Shown: positions 39,502-50,497, numbered from the stretch's first letter. The stretch: DNA of 64,000 nucleotides from an uncultured bacterium (GCA_963749495.1 CAVVMW010000004.1:608001-672000), one strand, 5' to 3'. Notes: generated by a model from the letters alone, not told the origin. Program-made: numbers and translations.

Positions 39502-42282
39502 TCATCGGGCCCTGGCGATTCGCGGCTGGGCCAGTGTGAACTCGATTTGTTCCCCTTGGGCGCCCAAATAACCGCCCCAGCCGATGCGAATCTCAGCGAC
39601 GCTGGAGGGATCGAGGTGTGCATTCTTGTCACTGGACCAGCCGGCCAACTGGAAACGGTTCAGGGAGACACACGTCTGCTCGTGGCCCGGCGCCCCGAGA
39701 GCCCGCCCCGTGGCGGCGAGGTAATCTGCGCCGCTCTGCTCGTGCAGGATGACCAGGAGTTGTGTTGGCGTCCGCTGTCCCGTCGGGACCCAGGTATCCA
39801 GGACGATACAGTCGGCGCCCCGGAGGTCCTGGGGCGGCGTGTAGGGGAAACTCAGGAACAGGTAAGTATCCACGTTGCTTTTGGCCAGGACGGCTTTGGC
39901 GCGCCACGCGGGCCGGTTGCCGTTGTGTGTTTCCTGTGCCAGTTCCTCTCGAACAAACTCGCCGCGGCCTACTCGGGGCGACACCTCCGGCAAGTCCCGC
40001 AGGTCCAGGCCCGGCAGCGCATCGTTTTGGATTGGGAACCGCTTCGGCAGCCGGGCGGCGGAGAAGCGGAGCAAGACGCCGCCATAGGCTGGGAGGTTCA
40101 CCGTGACTTCGCCAGCTTGGGGCAAGGCAGTAGTTTGGCCCGTGGCCGGATCGCACAGCTCTCCCGGCCCGCTGGCCGATAGGGCAACCTCGCCGGTCCA
40201 CGGGCGGTCCCCGTCGTTGATAATGAAGTAGATCTCCCGGCCATCAATGCGCCGATGGGTAGCGCGCAACGGAGAGCCCCTGCCGGCCACCTTCGCTGTT
40301 ACGTCCGGCTCCAGGATGGCGTCGAGGATCGTGGGCAGGAGCGCCGCCGAGCCGGTGGGCAGAAAAATGCCCCCACCACCGGCGCCGTTGCCCAAGGCAC
40401 GCGGTCGGCTTGCGCCGACATCAGCGCCAAATATCCCAGTCGCCAGGGCTTGAACGCGAGGCGAGGGAAACTCCGTCTCGCTGTTGGCAGGAGGGGCGCC
40501 GACTGCAACGAGCACACCGCCGCTTTGGACGAAACGCGAGACGTTCTCCCAGGCCGCCAGGGGGAGCGTGTCTGCGCCGGGCAGGACCAGGATGCGCCAG
40601 CGAAACCGGCCATGCACGAGGGCGCCCGCTTCCACCTTGGCTTCGACCAACGCGCGGCTATCAACGTAGGTGAAATCGCGTCCGGCGGCAAAGAGGCCTT
40701 CCGAGACCTCGTGAAAGAGATTCTCGACCTGCGCCGCCGAAGGCGAGTCTGTCGCATAGTGCCGGGCCGGAGTGAATCGCGGCCAGACGCTTTCAGTCGG
40801 ATACAACACGGCCAGGTCGGCCACCTGGGAGCCGCCTTTGAGCGCGGAGCAGCACCGGCCAACCCACTCGTTCAGGCTGCGCAGTTGCGCATCAGTCAGG
40901 CCGGCAAAGGAGTAATAGCTGTTGATGGTATTGATTCCCGACACGATCAGGCGATTGCACGTGCCGCGGATTTCTGCTTCGGTCACGTTGCGGACGGGAC
41001 GCGTGTCGCCCGCAGGGCGATAGCGCTGGGCGTGGTCGGAAGTTTCGCACATGGTCACGGCCCGATTCTCCAAATCGGCGGCGCTGCCCGCCAGCCGGGC
41101 GATAAACCACGGCACCTGGTCCGGGATGCTCGTCAGGCAATCAATGCCCGGAGCACTGAGCCGGCGCAAACAACCGAAGAAATCACCGTAAAGGGGCACC
41201 TGATTCACAAGGTTTTCCTCCATCAGCAAATGTCCGCCGGACAGCACGTTGTGCCCGGCGCACCACCGCTGAATCTGGCCGAAGAAATTCTCCGAAACCA
41301 ATTCTCCGACGGTCTGCCAGTAATCGTGCCGCACTCGCCGCGCCCTGGGCCCGGCGTCCGCAACCAGCGCCGGGACCACGCCCTCGATGGCATAGCCACG
41401 CCGTTTCCTGAACTCCACCGCCAGGTTGGCCGACCATGGCAGGACCCGGTAAGGCATCGGGCGCAGGAACAGGCTCATGAGCGAAGGTTCGTCGGTGAAG
41501 GTCGAGATGAACCAGCGGCCGAGATCGTCGCCCAGATGTGCGGCGTATCGCTGGTGCGTTACCTCCAGGAAACGCGCGGTCGGTTCGGGCTGCAACAGGT
41601 TGGGATAAGGGATGTGGTAGGAAAGGCTCATTGAGGCGTGGGTGCCTTCGTAGAGCGGGCCTTCCGTAATCGCCATCACCCGCCAGCGGCCAGCGGGCGC
41701 CTGCCACGATAACCTGCCGTCCCGGACCTGTGCCGCGAGGTTGGTCATCTCCAGGAGGTCGATCTCGCCACTATGCACAGGAAAGGCCGCCGTGAGAAAG
41801 GCGGTGCCCGGCGGCACCTCAAGGTTGAAGGAACCGCCATCCCCCTCGGCATCGGCAATGAGCAGACCGCGCGCGGCCCACTCCGGATGGTTCCGCAAAA
41901 CGATCCCACCCGCCGTGCCTGAGGGATACCCTCTCTCATCATAAAGCCAAAGAGCAAAGCCGGCTTTCCTGGCCTCTTCAACGGCGCGGCCCAGCGCCTT
42001 CCACCTCGCCTCGCTCTCCAGGTATTCCGTGAACGAGACATTGCAAACCACACCACCGAAGCCTTGACGGGCAAGCAAACGAATCAACGCATCCTGCGCC
42101 CCCAGATCGTCCGGCCACGAGTGGATGATCTTCAGGATGCGCGATTCCGCAGGCGGATATGACGCTTGAATGGGGAGTGGAGAATCAGCCCGGGGAATTT
42201 CTCCTGGAGGCGCGCCGAATACAGGGCGGGACAGCAAGCCCAACAAGAGGAGAACAAGGGCCGAAATACGTTCCGGTTTCAC
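39502..42282 (-). CDS. Secreted glycoside hydrolase (GH106-like)
   Basis: Signal peptide; WLYDERGYPSG, FTDEP and PGIDCL motifs. Confidence 0.7.
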   Translation of the reverse strand: MKPERISALVLLLLGLLSRPVFGAPPGEIPRADSPLPIQASYPPAESRILKIIHSWPDDLGAQDALIRLLARQGFGGVVCNVSFTEYLESEARWKALGRAVEEARKAGFALWLYDERGYPSGTAGGIVLRNHPEWAARGLLIADAEGDGGSFNLEVPPGTAFLTAAFPVHSGEIDLLEMTNLAAQVRDGRLSWQAPAGRWRVMAITEGPLYEGTHASMSLSYHIPYPNLLQPEPTARFLEVTHQRYAAHLGDDLGRWFISTFTDEPSLMSLFLRPMPYRVLPWSANLAVEFRKRRGYAIEGVVPALVADAGPRARRVRHDYWQTVGELVSENFFGQIQRWCAGHNVLSGGHLLMEENLVNQVPLYGDFFGCLRRLSAPGIDCLTSIPDQVPWFIARLAGSAADLENRAVTMCETSDHAQRYRPAGDTRPVRNVTEAEIRGTCNRLIVSGINTINSYYSFAGLTDAQLRSLNEWVGRCCSALKGGSQVADLAVLYPTESVWPRFTPARHYATDSPSAAQVENLFHEVSEGLFAAGRDFTYVDSRALVEAKVEAGALVHGRFRWRILVLPGADTLPLAAWENVSRFVQSGGVLVAVGAPPANSETEFPSPRVQALATGIFGADVGASRPRALGNGAGGGGIFLPTGSAALLPTILDAILEPDVTAKVAGRGSPLRATHRRIDGREIYFIINDGDRPWTGEVALSASGPGELCDPATGQTTALPQAGEVTVNLPAYGGVLLRFSAARLPKRFPIQNDALPGLDLRDLPEVSPRVGRGEFVREELAQETHNGNRPAWRAKAVLAKSNVDTYLFLSFPYTPPQDLRGADCIVLDTWVPTGQRTPTQLLVILHEQSGADYLAATGRALGAPGHEQTCVSLNRFQLAGWSSDKNAHLDPSSVAEIRIGWGGYLGAQGEQIEFTLAQPRIARAR

Positions 42283-42333
42283 GCACCGAAGTTAGCGACA
42301 TTCCGAAATCTGGCGAGGCGGAAATGTAGTGGA

Positions 42334-42858
42334 TCAGAAGATCGATCGCACCACACCGCCTTCGGCCCGCAGGGCGGCCCCATTGATCGCGGACGCGAGC
42401 GGACTGGCCACAAAGACGACCAACGCCGCCACTTCATCGGTCGTGGCAAACCGCCGCAACAGCGAGCTTGGCCGCACGGACTGGAAGAACTCCTGCTCGA
42501 CCTGCGGAGGGGTGATCTGCTTCGTCCTGGACATGTCGGCGATGAATTCGCCGACCCCCTCGGACCGGGTCGGGCCGGCCAGAACCGTGTTCACAGTTTT
42601 GTTCGTGCCGGCGGTGGTCTCGGCCAGGCCCCGCCCCAGGGCGACCTGCATGGTCTTGGTGACCCCATAATGAATCATCTCCATGGAAGATGATTCGCCC
42701 CGAATTCCTGGCCCGCATGCGCGGCAGGTAGTGGCGGGAAAGGCGGACGCCGCTGAGGAAGTTTGTCTCGATGATCGCCAGCCAATCCGTGTCGGCGATC
42801 TCCTCGAATGGCTTGGGTTCATAGACGCCCAGGTTGTTGACGAGGATATAGATTTCCC
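42334..42858 (-). pseudogene. SDR oxidoreductase remnant (5'-truncated, internal frameshift)
   Basis: ILVNNLG..GRIIF and HYGVTK..INGAALRAEGG lie in different frames. Confidence 0.8.
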
Positions 42859-43603
42859 TAGCGTAGAGGAGATTCAAAAGGCCGTAAAAGAATATGTTGA
42901 GGTTGAATGCGGCGGTAAGTGGCCCTCGGATGCATGGTTTGATCTTGGCGAGCACTGGTCTGTCAACGTGTGGAACGAGGATGGTTGTCGGCGGATCACC
43001 ATGTATCACGATTTCATCAATCGATCTGGTTATCGCCAAACCTACACTTTCGCCGGCATCACCATCCAGTAATCTTCAAGATTAAGCCTCTGCCCTTCTT
43101 GCGAGAGACATCATTGCATGGCGAAGAAGAGCCTGAGCAAATATGCCGAATCGCTGGCAGCCTTAAACGCTCGCTGAGTTCGTATCTCTGTCAGGGGACT
43201 CACGGCGGTGGCTTAGATCAGCCAAGACTCTGGATTTTCTAGGGGAGTTCGGTGTGGCCACCCTCCCCAACGGAGGGAGACAAACCCGATCATGAAGACT
43301 CGGCCGGCTTCGATAGGTGGGCGCAATGGGCTGCCGATCATCCCAATGTGGGCTTGGGGAGCTCGAGGAAGGGCTTGTCGAGAACTGAGGTCCTTGGGAA
43401 ATCGCCAGCGGCTGGCGTCATGCGCACAAAGCCCATATCGCGCCGGTAAATGCCATCCACAGGCCCCTCGCTGGTGCCTGCAGCAGCAAGAACATGGTCA
43501 CGCCGCCTTGGGCAGTTCAGCTTCATGCGGGGGCACGAGGATCTCCCCGTCCGCTTCGACCTTGGAGTTGGCTGCCTTGAGGCGCGGAACATGACGGCGA
43601 CGA

Positions 43604-45352
43604 TCACGTGGCACCACGTTTTGCGAGTTGTTCTTCCATCCAAGTCAAGTCCTCTTTTAAATCGGCCATGCCTGTCTGGTGGACTCCGGCGCGGAGGAGG
43701 GCTTCCGCCAGGCGCAGGGCCTCCAAAGCGGCGACCTCTTCGCCCAGGGCAACCAGAGCGCGGGCGCGATTTCCCGCCAGACGCGCCCAATTGCCGAGCA
43801 CCTCCCGCCTCCCGTGTTGGGTGAGCAAGGCCCCCACGATCGCGATCGCCCGATCGTAGCGCAGGACCGCGCCCCGGAGGTCATTCAGCGCGTAGAACGT
43901 GTTGGCATGGATCAGGTAAGCGTCAGTGAGGGCGTCAGCCAGTTCGTGGCTGCCCTTGCGGATGACCAGCCGCCGCCAAATTGAGATCGCCTTGCGGGCG
44001 TTCGTCCGGAGGCCGCGATAGTCTTCCAGATCCAGCAGGGCGTCGGCCTTGGTCACGTATGCCTTAGCCAGAGCGTTAGCCAGGTCGAGACGCCCTTCCC
44101 CGTCAACCAGGTGCTCCAGTATCGAAATCGCCTGATCGGATGCCAACACGGCGTGGTCGCTGTCACCCAGGGAGATTAATGCACGTGCCTTCTTCGCATA
44201 GGAAGCGGCCAAGTCATCGGAAAACTCGCGGCGGCCTTCCCGCTTCACTAGGCGCTCCTGAATTTCGATCGCTCGGTCCCACAGCTCCACCGCGATCCCG
44301 TTGTCACCGATAGTTTTGACCAGTTCGGCCTCCTCTGAGAGGGCTCGCGCCAGGACGTTGGCCAGCTCGCCATGGCCCTGGTAGCGGACGAGGGTCTCGA
44401 GGGTGGCTGTCGCCTTACCCTGCAGCACCAACGCACCCCGGGTGTCGCCCAAAAGGGCGAGCGCTGCGGCTTTCTCCATGAAGGCCTTCGCCAAATCGTA
44501 ATACGGCTCGTTGTGGACTTCCTGGCAGACTAGGCGCTTGAGGATCTCGATAGCACGGTCGCAAACCGCAACCGCACTGGCGTGGTCTCCCAGGGCGGCG
44601 ATCCCCGCTGCCCTGTCCAGGTAGGCTGTCGCCAGGCGATCAGCCCACCGGCTGCGGCACTCGGGATTGTCCAGGCCTTCGAAGATGGTGATTACACGGT
44701 CGTTGAGCACGAGTGCCTTAAGCTCGTCGCCCAGCTCGCGGACCACCCTGGCCTGATTCGAAAAAGCTAAGGCCAGCATAGGGGCGAGTTCACGACGCCC
44801 TTGCCGCTCGACCAGCCCCTCCAGAATAGTAACCGCTTGAGAGCCGACGGCCAACGCGCCTGATCTGTCGCCCAGACTGTGGAGCGCCTCGGCCTTGTTG
44901 ACGTAAATCGACGCCAAGCAGGGGAGTAACTCAAGGTGGCCCTCCTGCTTGACCCTCGGTTCCAGCATCGTGATGATTTGATCGTATTCTTCGCTTGCGC
45001 CCGGCAGGTTCCCGGCGGTCCTGTGGACCAGGGCCTTTTCCAGACACAGCTGGATGAGGTCGCTCTCCAGCTCCCCTCGCCCCTCGCCGACCAGTGGTGA
45101 ATACAGGCGTTTGGCTTCGTCATACGCCGCGAGCTTCACCACCAACTCCCCTTGGAAAACGTTCGCCAGTTGGGCCACCATCGGCCCCGCCTCCGCCGGA
45201 TCGCGGCCAGCAGCCCGCAAGCCCTGCTCCAGCCACTTTCTTGGGTCCGCCCATTTGGCGCCCATCGCGATGAGTTCGCGCACCCGCACCGCGCCCCCGA
45301 GCCAGTCCGCGACGGTGGCGTTCTGATTGTCCATTGTTTTCTTATGCTTCAT
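43604..45352 (-). CDS. Tetratricopeptide-repeat protein
   Basis: Repeated LAxAYxxKA..LGD...A.....AI.I.E.LV units. Confidence 0.8.
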   Translation of the reverse strand: MKHKKTMDNQNATVADWLGGAVRVRELIAMGAKWADPRKWLEQGLRAAGRDPAEAGPMVAQLANVFQGELVVKLAAYDEAKRLYSPLVGEGRGELESDLIQLCLEKALVHRTAGNLPGASEEYDQIITMLEPRVKQEGHLELLPCLASIYVNKAEALHSLGDRSGALAVGSQAVTILEGLVERQGRRELAPMLALAFSNQARVVRELGDELKALVLNDRVITIFEGLDNPECRSRWADRLATAYLDRAAGIAALGDHASAVAVCDRAIEILKRLVCQEVHNEPYYDLAKAFMEKAAALALLGDTRGALVLQGKATATLETLVRYQGHGELANVLARALSEEAELVKTIGDNGIAVELWDRAIEIQERLVKREGRREFSDDLAASYAKKARALISLGDSDHAVLASDQAISILEHLVDGEGRLDLANALAKAYVTKADALLDLEDYRGLRTNARKAISIWRRLVIRKGSHELADALTDAYLIHANTFYALNDLRGAVLRYDRAIAIVGALLTQHGRREVLGNWARLAGNRARALVALGEEVAALEALRLAEALLRAGVHQTGMADLKEDLTWMEEQLAKRGAT

Positions 45353-45484
45353 AGTCTGAGGTTGGTTGCGAACGTTCGTTCCCGGATTGCAACCCGCACC
45401 GGCCGAAGCCGGTGGCGGGATGCTTGGATATTGGTTGGCGCCGCCGGATGTGCGTGTTCTTCATAGCTTGCTCTTGCTGCTGCA

Positions 45485-46618
45485 TCAGCCCGCAGCCGTG
45501 TTCGACGGGGAGTGCTCAGGGAGCCTCGCCGCCGTAATCGCCGTCCCGGAGGCGCCGAATTCAACCTGTAACAAGTTTTTCGCCGCCAGATCCTCGTAGT
45601 CCTCCAGGGAAGGGACTGAGACCTGGGCGCGCTTCGCGTATGCGCGGTGGACCGCCTTGGAGTTGTGGCCCAGCGCCTCCTCGGCGGCGCGGCGCGGATA
45701 GCCAGATTTCCGCGCCCGCTCCGCCCAGGCGTAGCGGTAGGAGTGCAAGGTGACGCCCTTGATCCCGAGCCCCTGGCAGCGCTGCTTGAACTCCGTTGCG
45801 CGGTCCGCCGCCCGAACGGTCCGCAGGTAGGGGAAGAGCGGCCCGGTTGCCGGCAGGGACCGGAGGACCTCCGCGCATTTCCTGCCGAACTTGATGAGCG
45901 GCGGCTTCACGTCGGTCTCGTCCAGCGACGCCAGCTTCTTCCGGTTGTAGCAGACGGTCCAGTCGGTCCAATCGACGTCCTCCGCTTCGAGCCCCGCGAT
46001 GTCGGACTGCGAGCCGCCCAGGTGCCAGCAGAGCTCGTAAAAGCTGCGCCGCTCCCGGTTCTTTTCGCGCGCGACGATCCTCGCGTGCTCCTCCGGCTTG
46101 ATGGCCCGCTTGTTTTTGAATTTGACCGGGGGCCAGAGCTTCTTGGCCAGGATGGGCCAGGGGAGCCAGTTCATGCCGATGCAGAAGTTGTGCAGCCGGC
46201 GCAGGAAGACGTTCGTGCTCACGGTGCCTGCGGCGAGCGCCTTGAGCAGGTCCTCCGCGCGGGTCTCCAGCACGACCTTGCCCAGAAGCTGCTGGATGGC
46301 CGCGTCCTTGGAGAAAGTTTCCCAGCGGCGGCGGTTTTCGCTGTCAGGGGCTTTCCCCTCGATCACCGCGTCCAGCGCATCGTCCCAGGTCCGGGTGGAA
46401 ACCGCCGGATCCGAGGCGGCCAGGTAAACCCGGGCCTTTTGCAAATTGAACGCCGGCTCACGGGCGGCCTCGTTCTTGGCGACGAGGAGTTCGGTGGCCC
46501 GCGCCTTGTCCTTGGTTTCCAGGCTTTCGCGCTTGCCGTTCTCGCTGTCGTGGAGGTAGTATATCCCCCCGCGGCGGCCGTAGCGGACCAGCCGGTATCG
46601 GTTCTTCATCACTGTCAC
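45485..46618 (-). CDS. Tyrosine recombinase/integrase next to tRNA-Cys
   Basis: TLHSYRYAWA..LGHNSKAVHRAY motif. Confidence 0.85.
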   Translation of the reverse strand: MTVMKNRYRLVRYGRRGGIYYLHDSENGKRESLETKDKARATELLVAKNEAAREPAFNLQKARVYLAASDPAVSTRTWDDALDAVIEGKAPDSENRRRWETFSKDAAIQQLLGKVVLETRAEDLLKALAAGTVSTNVFLRRLHNFCIGMNWLPWPILAKKLWPPVKFKNKRAIKPEEHARIVAREKNRERRSFYELCWHLGGSQSDIAGLEAEDVDWTDWTVCYNRKKLASLDETDVKPPLIKFGRKCAEVLRSLPATGPLFPYLRTVRAADRATEFKQRCQGLGIKGVTLHSYRYAWAERARKSGYPRRAAEEALGHNSKAVHRAYAKRAQVSVPSLEDYEDLAAKNLLQVEFGASGTAITAARLPEHSPSNTAAG

Positions 46619-46791
46619 GCATTAAACGTAACAGCGACCGAGACCGAAGCGTGAGCCCGATGGAGGCGGCTATGCGCCGATTCAGGCGGATTCGTGCCGC
46701 GGGCCCCTTTGGTATCCATTTCGGTAGCCTGCCTACCCCCTCGACCGCCGGAAACCCCGGAAGATGCGCGCCTGTCGGGCGATCCCCCGGA

Positions 46792-46866
46792 TGGAGGCGA
46801 GGGTCGGAATCGAACCGACGCATAAGGCTTTTGCAGAGCCCTGCCTTACCACTTGGCTACCCCGCC
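46792..46866 (-). tRNA. tRNA-Cys(GCA), canonical
   Basis: D-loop GG, anticodon loop CTGCAAA, T-loop TTCGATT, U73, CCA. Confidence 0.95.
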
Positions 46867-46942
46867 ACGGTCGTCGCTGCCGAAATTAAATCACTTTGGC
46901 CCGGGCGCAAGTCTTTAGTTTTGGTCTGAGCCGTGAGGGTCG

Positions 46943-47362
46943 TCAAGTGATCTTGACCCTCATTTTGCGGATCTTGTCCCGGATGCCGCGGTAAATGGGG
47001 TGCTTGCGGAGGCGGCGGAGGTCGGGGTCCTTGGCCAGCCACTTGAAGTCGCGATAGCCCAGCAGGAGGGCCTTTTCCAGCGCCGCCGCGGCGGCGTCCA
47101 ACTCGCTGTTGAGGGAGTAGCTGCAGGCCAGGTTGTAGAAGACCAGCGGATTGGCCGGTTGCAGCCGGGACAATTGCTGGTCAACCTTCAGGCTGTGCTC
47201 GAACCTGCCCCGCTGGGTGTAGTAGTCCCCGAGGATCTGCAGGGCCTCGATGTAGTGGCTGTCACGGCCGACCAACCCCTCCAGGAAGGAGATCTTAACG
47301 TCCAGATCGCGCACCTCTTTGCGGGTCAACTTCTTACTTTTGGCACTGCTCTTGTCCGGCAT
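46943..47362 (-). CDS. Small TPR protein
   Basis: LGDYYT..G and VFYNLACSYSL..DPDL pattern. Confidence 0.75.
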   Translation of the reverse strand: MPDKSSAKSKKLTRKEVRDLDVKISFLEGLVGRDSHYIEALQILGDYYTQRGRFEHSLKVDQQLSRLQPANPLVFYNLACSYSLNSELDAAAAALEKALLLGYRDFKWLAKDPDLRRLRKHPIYRGIRDKIRKMRVKIT

Positions 47363-47442
47363 ACGACACCGTAGATTCTTTCAGAAATGCACCGCGAGTC
47401 AAGCCGAAGCGCGCAGGGCCAGAGACGCGTCTTTGCGCGATT

Positions 47443-48732
47443 TCATTTTTCCGCCGGATGAGGCGCGTTTGCGCTCGGGCCCGCCGCCCGGCGCAGCAGG
47501 TCCAGGGCCTGCCGGGCGGTGACGTCCTTGAAGGTCTGCCGGTCGTAGGGATTGAAGTGGCGCTCGACCTGGGTGCCGGACGGGCCGGCCAGGGCGATGA
47601 AGACCGTCCCCACGGGCTTGGCCGCGGTGCCGCCTCCGGGGCCGGCGATGCCGGTCACCGCGACGGCATAATCGGCCCCGGTTTGCCTGCGGGCGCCTTC
47701 TGCCATCTGGCGGGCCACCGGTTCGCTGATGGCGCCGTGCCGGTCGAGGGTTTCGGCCTGCACGCCCAGGAACTTTTGTTTGGCGTCGTTGCTGTAGGTG
47801 ACGATTGCCGCCCGCAAAACCGCCGAGGCGCCAGGCACATTGGTCAACCGATGGGCGATGCAGCCGCCGGTGCAGGATTCGGCCAGCGCCAGTGTCCTGG
47901 CCTGCCCGGCCAGCAGATGGACCACCACCGCCTCCAGTTCTTCTTCGTTGCTGGCGTAGAGGTTTGGACCCAGGAGCGCGGTTGCAATGGCTTGGGCTTG
48001 TTTCACGAGATCCTCAGCCTGGGGGCTTCGCGCGGCCAAGCGCACCTTGACCTGGCCGGGCCGCGCACAATAGCCCAGCTCGAGGCCTGCCTTGACCAGT
48101 TCCTGCAATGGACCGCTGATGGCCTGTTCGACCACCGATTCGCCCAGGCCGGTCGTGCTGAGGGTGCGGCAGACGAAATGTTGGGGCGGCAGCACGCGGG
48201 CCAACAGCGGCGCGACTGAATCGTCGAACATGGGCCTCAGTTCCCTGGGCGGGCCGGGCAGCAGGATGAGCCAACTCGGCCGGCCTTGGTTGCGGAAGGG
48301 GTTGGGGGCGATTTCCATGGCCAGGCCCGGCGCCGTGCCATGGTGGTTTTCCAGGACCACCGCTCCCTCCGGCACCAGCGCCTGCGCGCGGGTCCGCTCC
48401 GGCACCGGGCGGCCTCGAGCCTGAAAGAACTGCTCAAGCCGGGCGCGCACAGTGGCGTCTTCGCGCAACGCCCGCCCCAGCATCTGCGCAAGGCATTCCC
48501 GGGTCAGGTCATCCGAGGTCGGGCCCAAGCCGCCGGTGGTAATGAGGAGGTCGGCGCGGCCCAGGGCCTCTCGCACCGCCTGCTGGATCTCCGGACTACT
48601 GTCGCCCACGGCCACCTGGCGGCTGACAACATACCCCAAATCCGCCAGCCTGCGGCACAACCATTGCTGGTGCGTGTTGAGGACTCGGCCCAGCAGCAGT
48701 TCGCTGCCGGTGTTGATGAGTTCGACGTTCAT
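47443..48732 (-). CDS. cinA: Competence/damage-inducible protein A (CinA/PncC)
   Basis: GSELLLG, TGGLGPTSDDLTRE, AESCTGG and TGIAGPGGG motifs. Confidence 0.92.
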   Translation of the reverse strand: MNVELINTGSELLLGRVLNTHQQWLCRRLADLGYVVSRQVAVGDSSPEIQQAVREALGRADLLITTGGLGPTSDDLTRECLAQMLGRALREDATVRARLEQFFQARGRPVPERTRAQALVPEGAVVLENHHGTAPGLAMEIAPNPFRNQGRPSWLILLPGPPRELRPMFDDSVAPLLARVLPPQHFVCRTLSTTGLGESVVEQAISGPLQELVKAGLELGYCARPGQVKVRLAARSPQAEDLVKQAQAIATALLGPNLYASNEEELEAVVVHLLAGQARTLALAESCTGGCIAHRLTNVPGASAVLRAAIVTYSNDAKQKFLGVQAETLDRHGAISEPVARQMAEGARRQTGADYAVAVTGIAGPGGGTAAKPVGTVFIALAGPSGTQVERHFNPYDRQTFKDVTARQALDLLRRAAGPSANAPHPAEK

Positions 48733-48777
48733 GGACTCTAGCTTATATCGGGGGCCCGGGGTGTCCAGAGGCACCCG

Positions 48778-48820
48778 GAAGGGACAAAAGCGACAAAAAG
48801 GACAAAAGCGACAAAAGGGA
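48778..48820 (+). repeat. Nonamer tandem repeat (GGACAAAAG-like)
   Basis: GGGACAAAAGCGACAAAAAGGACAAAAGCGACAAAAGGGA. Confidence 0.75.
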
Positions 48821-48841
48821 TGGACCCCGGGTGTCGGGCCG

Positions 48842-48871
48842 TTGACTTGGCAGAATGGCCGGCCCTATATT
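48842..48871 (+). promoter_or_regulatory. Putative sigma70 promoter TTGACT-N18-TATATT, probably producing a leaderless transcript
   Basis: The ATG lies 6 nt after the -10 box and no RBS is visible. Confidence 0.5.
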
Positions 48872-48877
48872 GCCGGC

Positions 48878-49351
48878 ATGGGTGACGCTGCCAAGAAGTC
48901 CGCCAGACAGCGGTTTGTCGAGTTTCTCTCGGAGAAGCGGCTGCGCCTGACGGCTCAGCGGCAGGCCATCATCGAGAGCGCCTTCGGCACCGACCAGCAC
49001 TTTACGGCGGAGCAACTCCTGGAGTGGTCCCGGCGGCGCGACAAGTCGGTCTCGAGGGCCACGGTTTATCGCACCTTGCCGCTGCTCATCCAGAGCGGGC
49101 TGGTTGGCGAGATGGATTTCGGCAAAGACCGCAAGTACTACGACCCGAACTACGCCGAGCACCCGCAGCACAACCACATCATCTGCCTGGAATGTGAGAA
49201 GATCTTCGAGTTCGAGAGCGAGAAGCTCGCGCAATTGGAGAAGGAGCTCAGCCAGCGTCTGGGCTTCTCGGTCCAGACGCGTCGGATGCTGGTGACGGCC
49301 ACGTGCGACGAGTTTCGGAGATTGGGCGCGTGCGGCAAGAGAAGGCGGTAA
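48878..49351 (+). CDS. Fur-family transcriptional regulator
   Basis: RLTAQR, SRATVYRTL and HNHIICLEC motifs. Confidence 0.9.
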   Translation: MGDAAKKSARQRFVEFLSEKRLRLTAQRQAIIESAFGTDQHFTAEQLLEWSRRRDKSVSRATVYRTLPLLIQSGLVGEMDFGKDRKYYDPNYAEHPQHNHIICLECEKIFEFESEKLAQLEKELSQRLGFSVQTRRMLVTATCDEFRRLGACGKRRR

Positions 49352-49355
49352 GGTT

Positions 49356-50195
49356 CTATTTGGACTTGGCGGGCGGGGTCCTGCGGATCTCGGCGTCGAA
49401 GGTGCCGGCGACAAAGCTCCTGGCCTCATCGGGCAAGCAGAGATAAATCCTGCCGGCGATGCGGCCATGGGCGGCCTGGCGGAAGGCCAACCTGAGAGCG
49501 TAACCGGTCAGGAATTCCTCTTTGCTGGGCTGCTGGTCCTCTTTCCACCGCACGGTCACGCGCGGCAGCGGCGGGGCGCGGTTGGATGCGATATCGATGG
49601 ACTTGCCGCTCAATTCCTCGCCTTGGCGGGCAAAGAGATGGACACTGACTCCCATCACGGGCGCGCCGCCGGGCCTGCCCTGGCGGAGGGTCAAGCGGCC
49701 CCCTTGGAGGGTGGCTCGCTCACACAGGAAACCGCAGCCATGAATGTTCCCGGCGGCAACCCCTTCAGGAAAAACCGCGTTGGTCAGGTTGAGCGACCAT
49801 TTGATGTCCGCAGGGATCGGGTAGGCCAGTTGCGGGGGCTGGGGCGTGGAGAATTGCGCGGAGGCCGTGTCCTCGACGAGTTTTTTGCCCCAGAGCAGCC
49901 AGGTGGCGCCGGCCGTCGCGGCGAACAAGAGCAGGAGCGTGGCCGCCTGCCCGAGCCTCTGCGTGAGCGGCCGCTGGCCGGCCAGTCCGTCGCAGGCGCC
50001 TAAGCCGAGCGGGGCGGGCCGCAGATCGGCTGCCTGCGAGGCGGAAAGGATCAGCCTTGTATCCTCGGAAGCCGGCGCCTGCGGCACGACTATCTTCCGA
50101 AAACACGTCGGACACTCGATCGGCTTGCCGCTGGCGCCGGAATCGGTCGTGATATGCTGGCCGCAGATCGGACAGGCAAACTTGAATTCACTCAT
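49356..50195 (-). CDS. Hypothetical membrane protein with N-terminal zinc ribbon
   Basis: MSEFKFACPICGQHI..CPTC followed by a transmembrane segment. Confidence 0.7.
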   Translation of the reverse strand: MSEFKFACPICGQHITTDSGASGKPIECPTCFRKIVVPQAPASEDTRLILSASQAADLRPAPLGLGACDGLAGQRPLTQRLGQAATLLLLFAATAGATWLLWGKKLVEDTASAQFSTPQPPQLAYPIPADIKWSLNLTNAVFPEGVAAGNIHGCGFLCERATLQGGRLTLRQGRPGGAPVMGVSVHLFARQGEELSGKSIDIASNRAPPLPRVTVRWKEDQQPSKEEFLTGYALRLAFRQAAHGRIAGRIYLCLPDEARSFVAGTFDAEIRRTPPAKSK

Positions 50196-50327
50196 CAACA
50201 GATACCCCAGACCTTTAGACCATCCCACAGCCGCCCCGGCACGACAATTCATTTTTCTTCTGAGGGTTTGACCTGCCCAGGGCCGTTGACAAAGTCGCTC
50301 GGCCGCCTGTGCGCCAGGGGCGCCAGC

Positions 50328-50438
50328 GTAGCGCAGGTTTCCAAACCCGCAGGCCGTCCGCAGACCGGGGGCGCTCAACATGTCGACGGCCTGCCGATTG
50401 GAAATCGGCGATACAGCAGGTTTGGAAACCTGCGCTAC
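50328..50438. repeat. GTAG-type REP-like palindromic element
   Basis: GTAGCGCAGGTTTCCAAACC ... GGTTTGGAAACCTGCGCTAC. Confidence 0.8.
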
Positions 50439-50497
50439 AACTTTGTTGACGCCCCTGTTGACCTGCCGCGGGCGATTGCCTACATTGTCGGCTCCTT

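Noticed and set aside
46659..46668. GATGGAGGCG match to the tRNA-Cys 3' end as an att site
   Set aside because: Only about 10 bp, and on the same side of the integrase as the tRNA.
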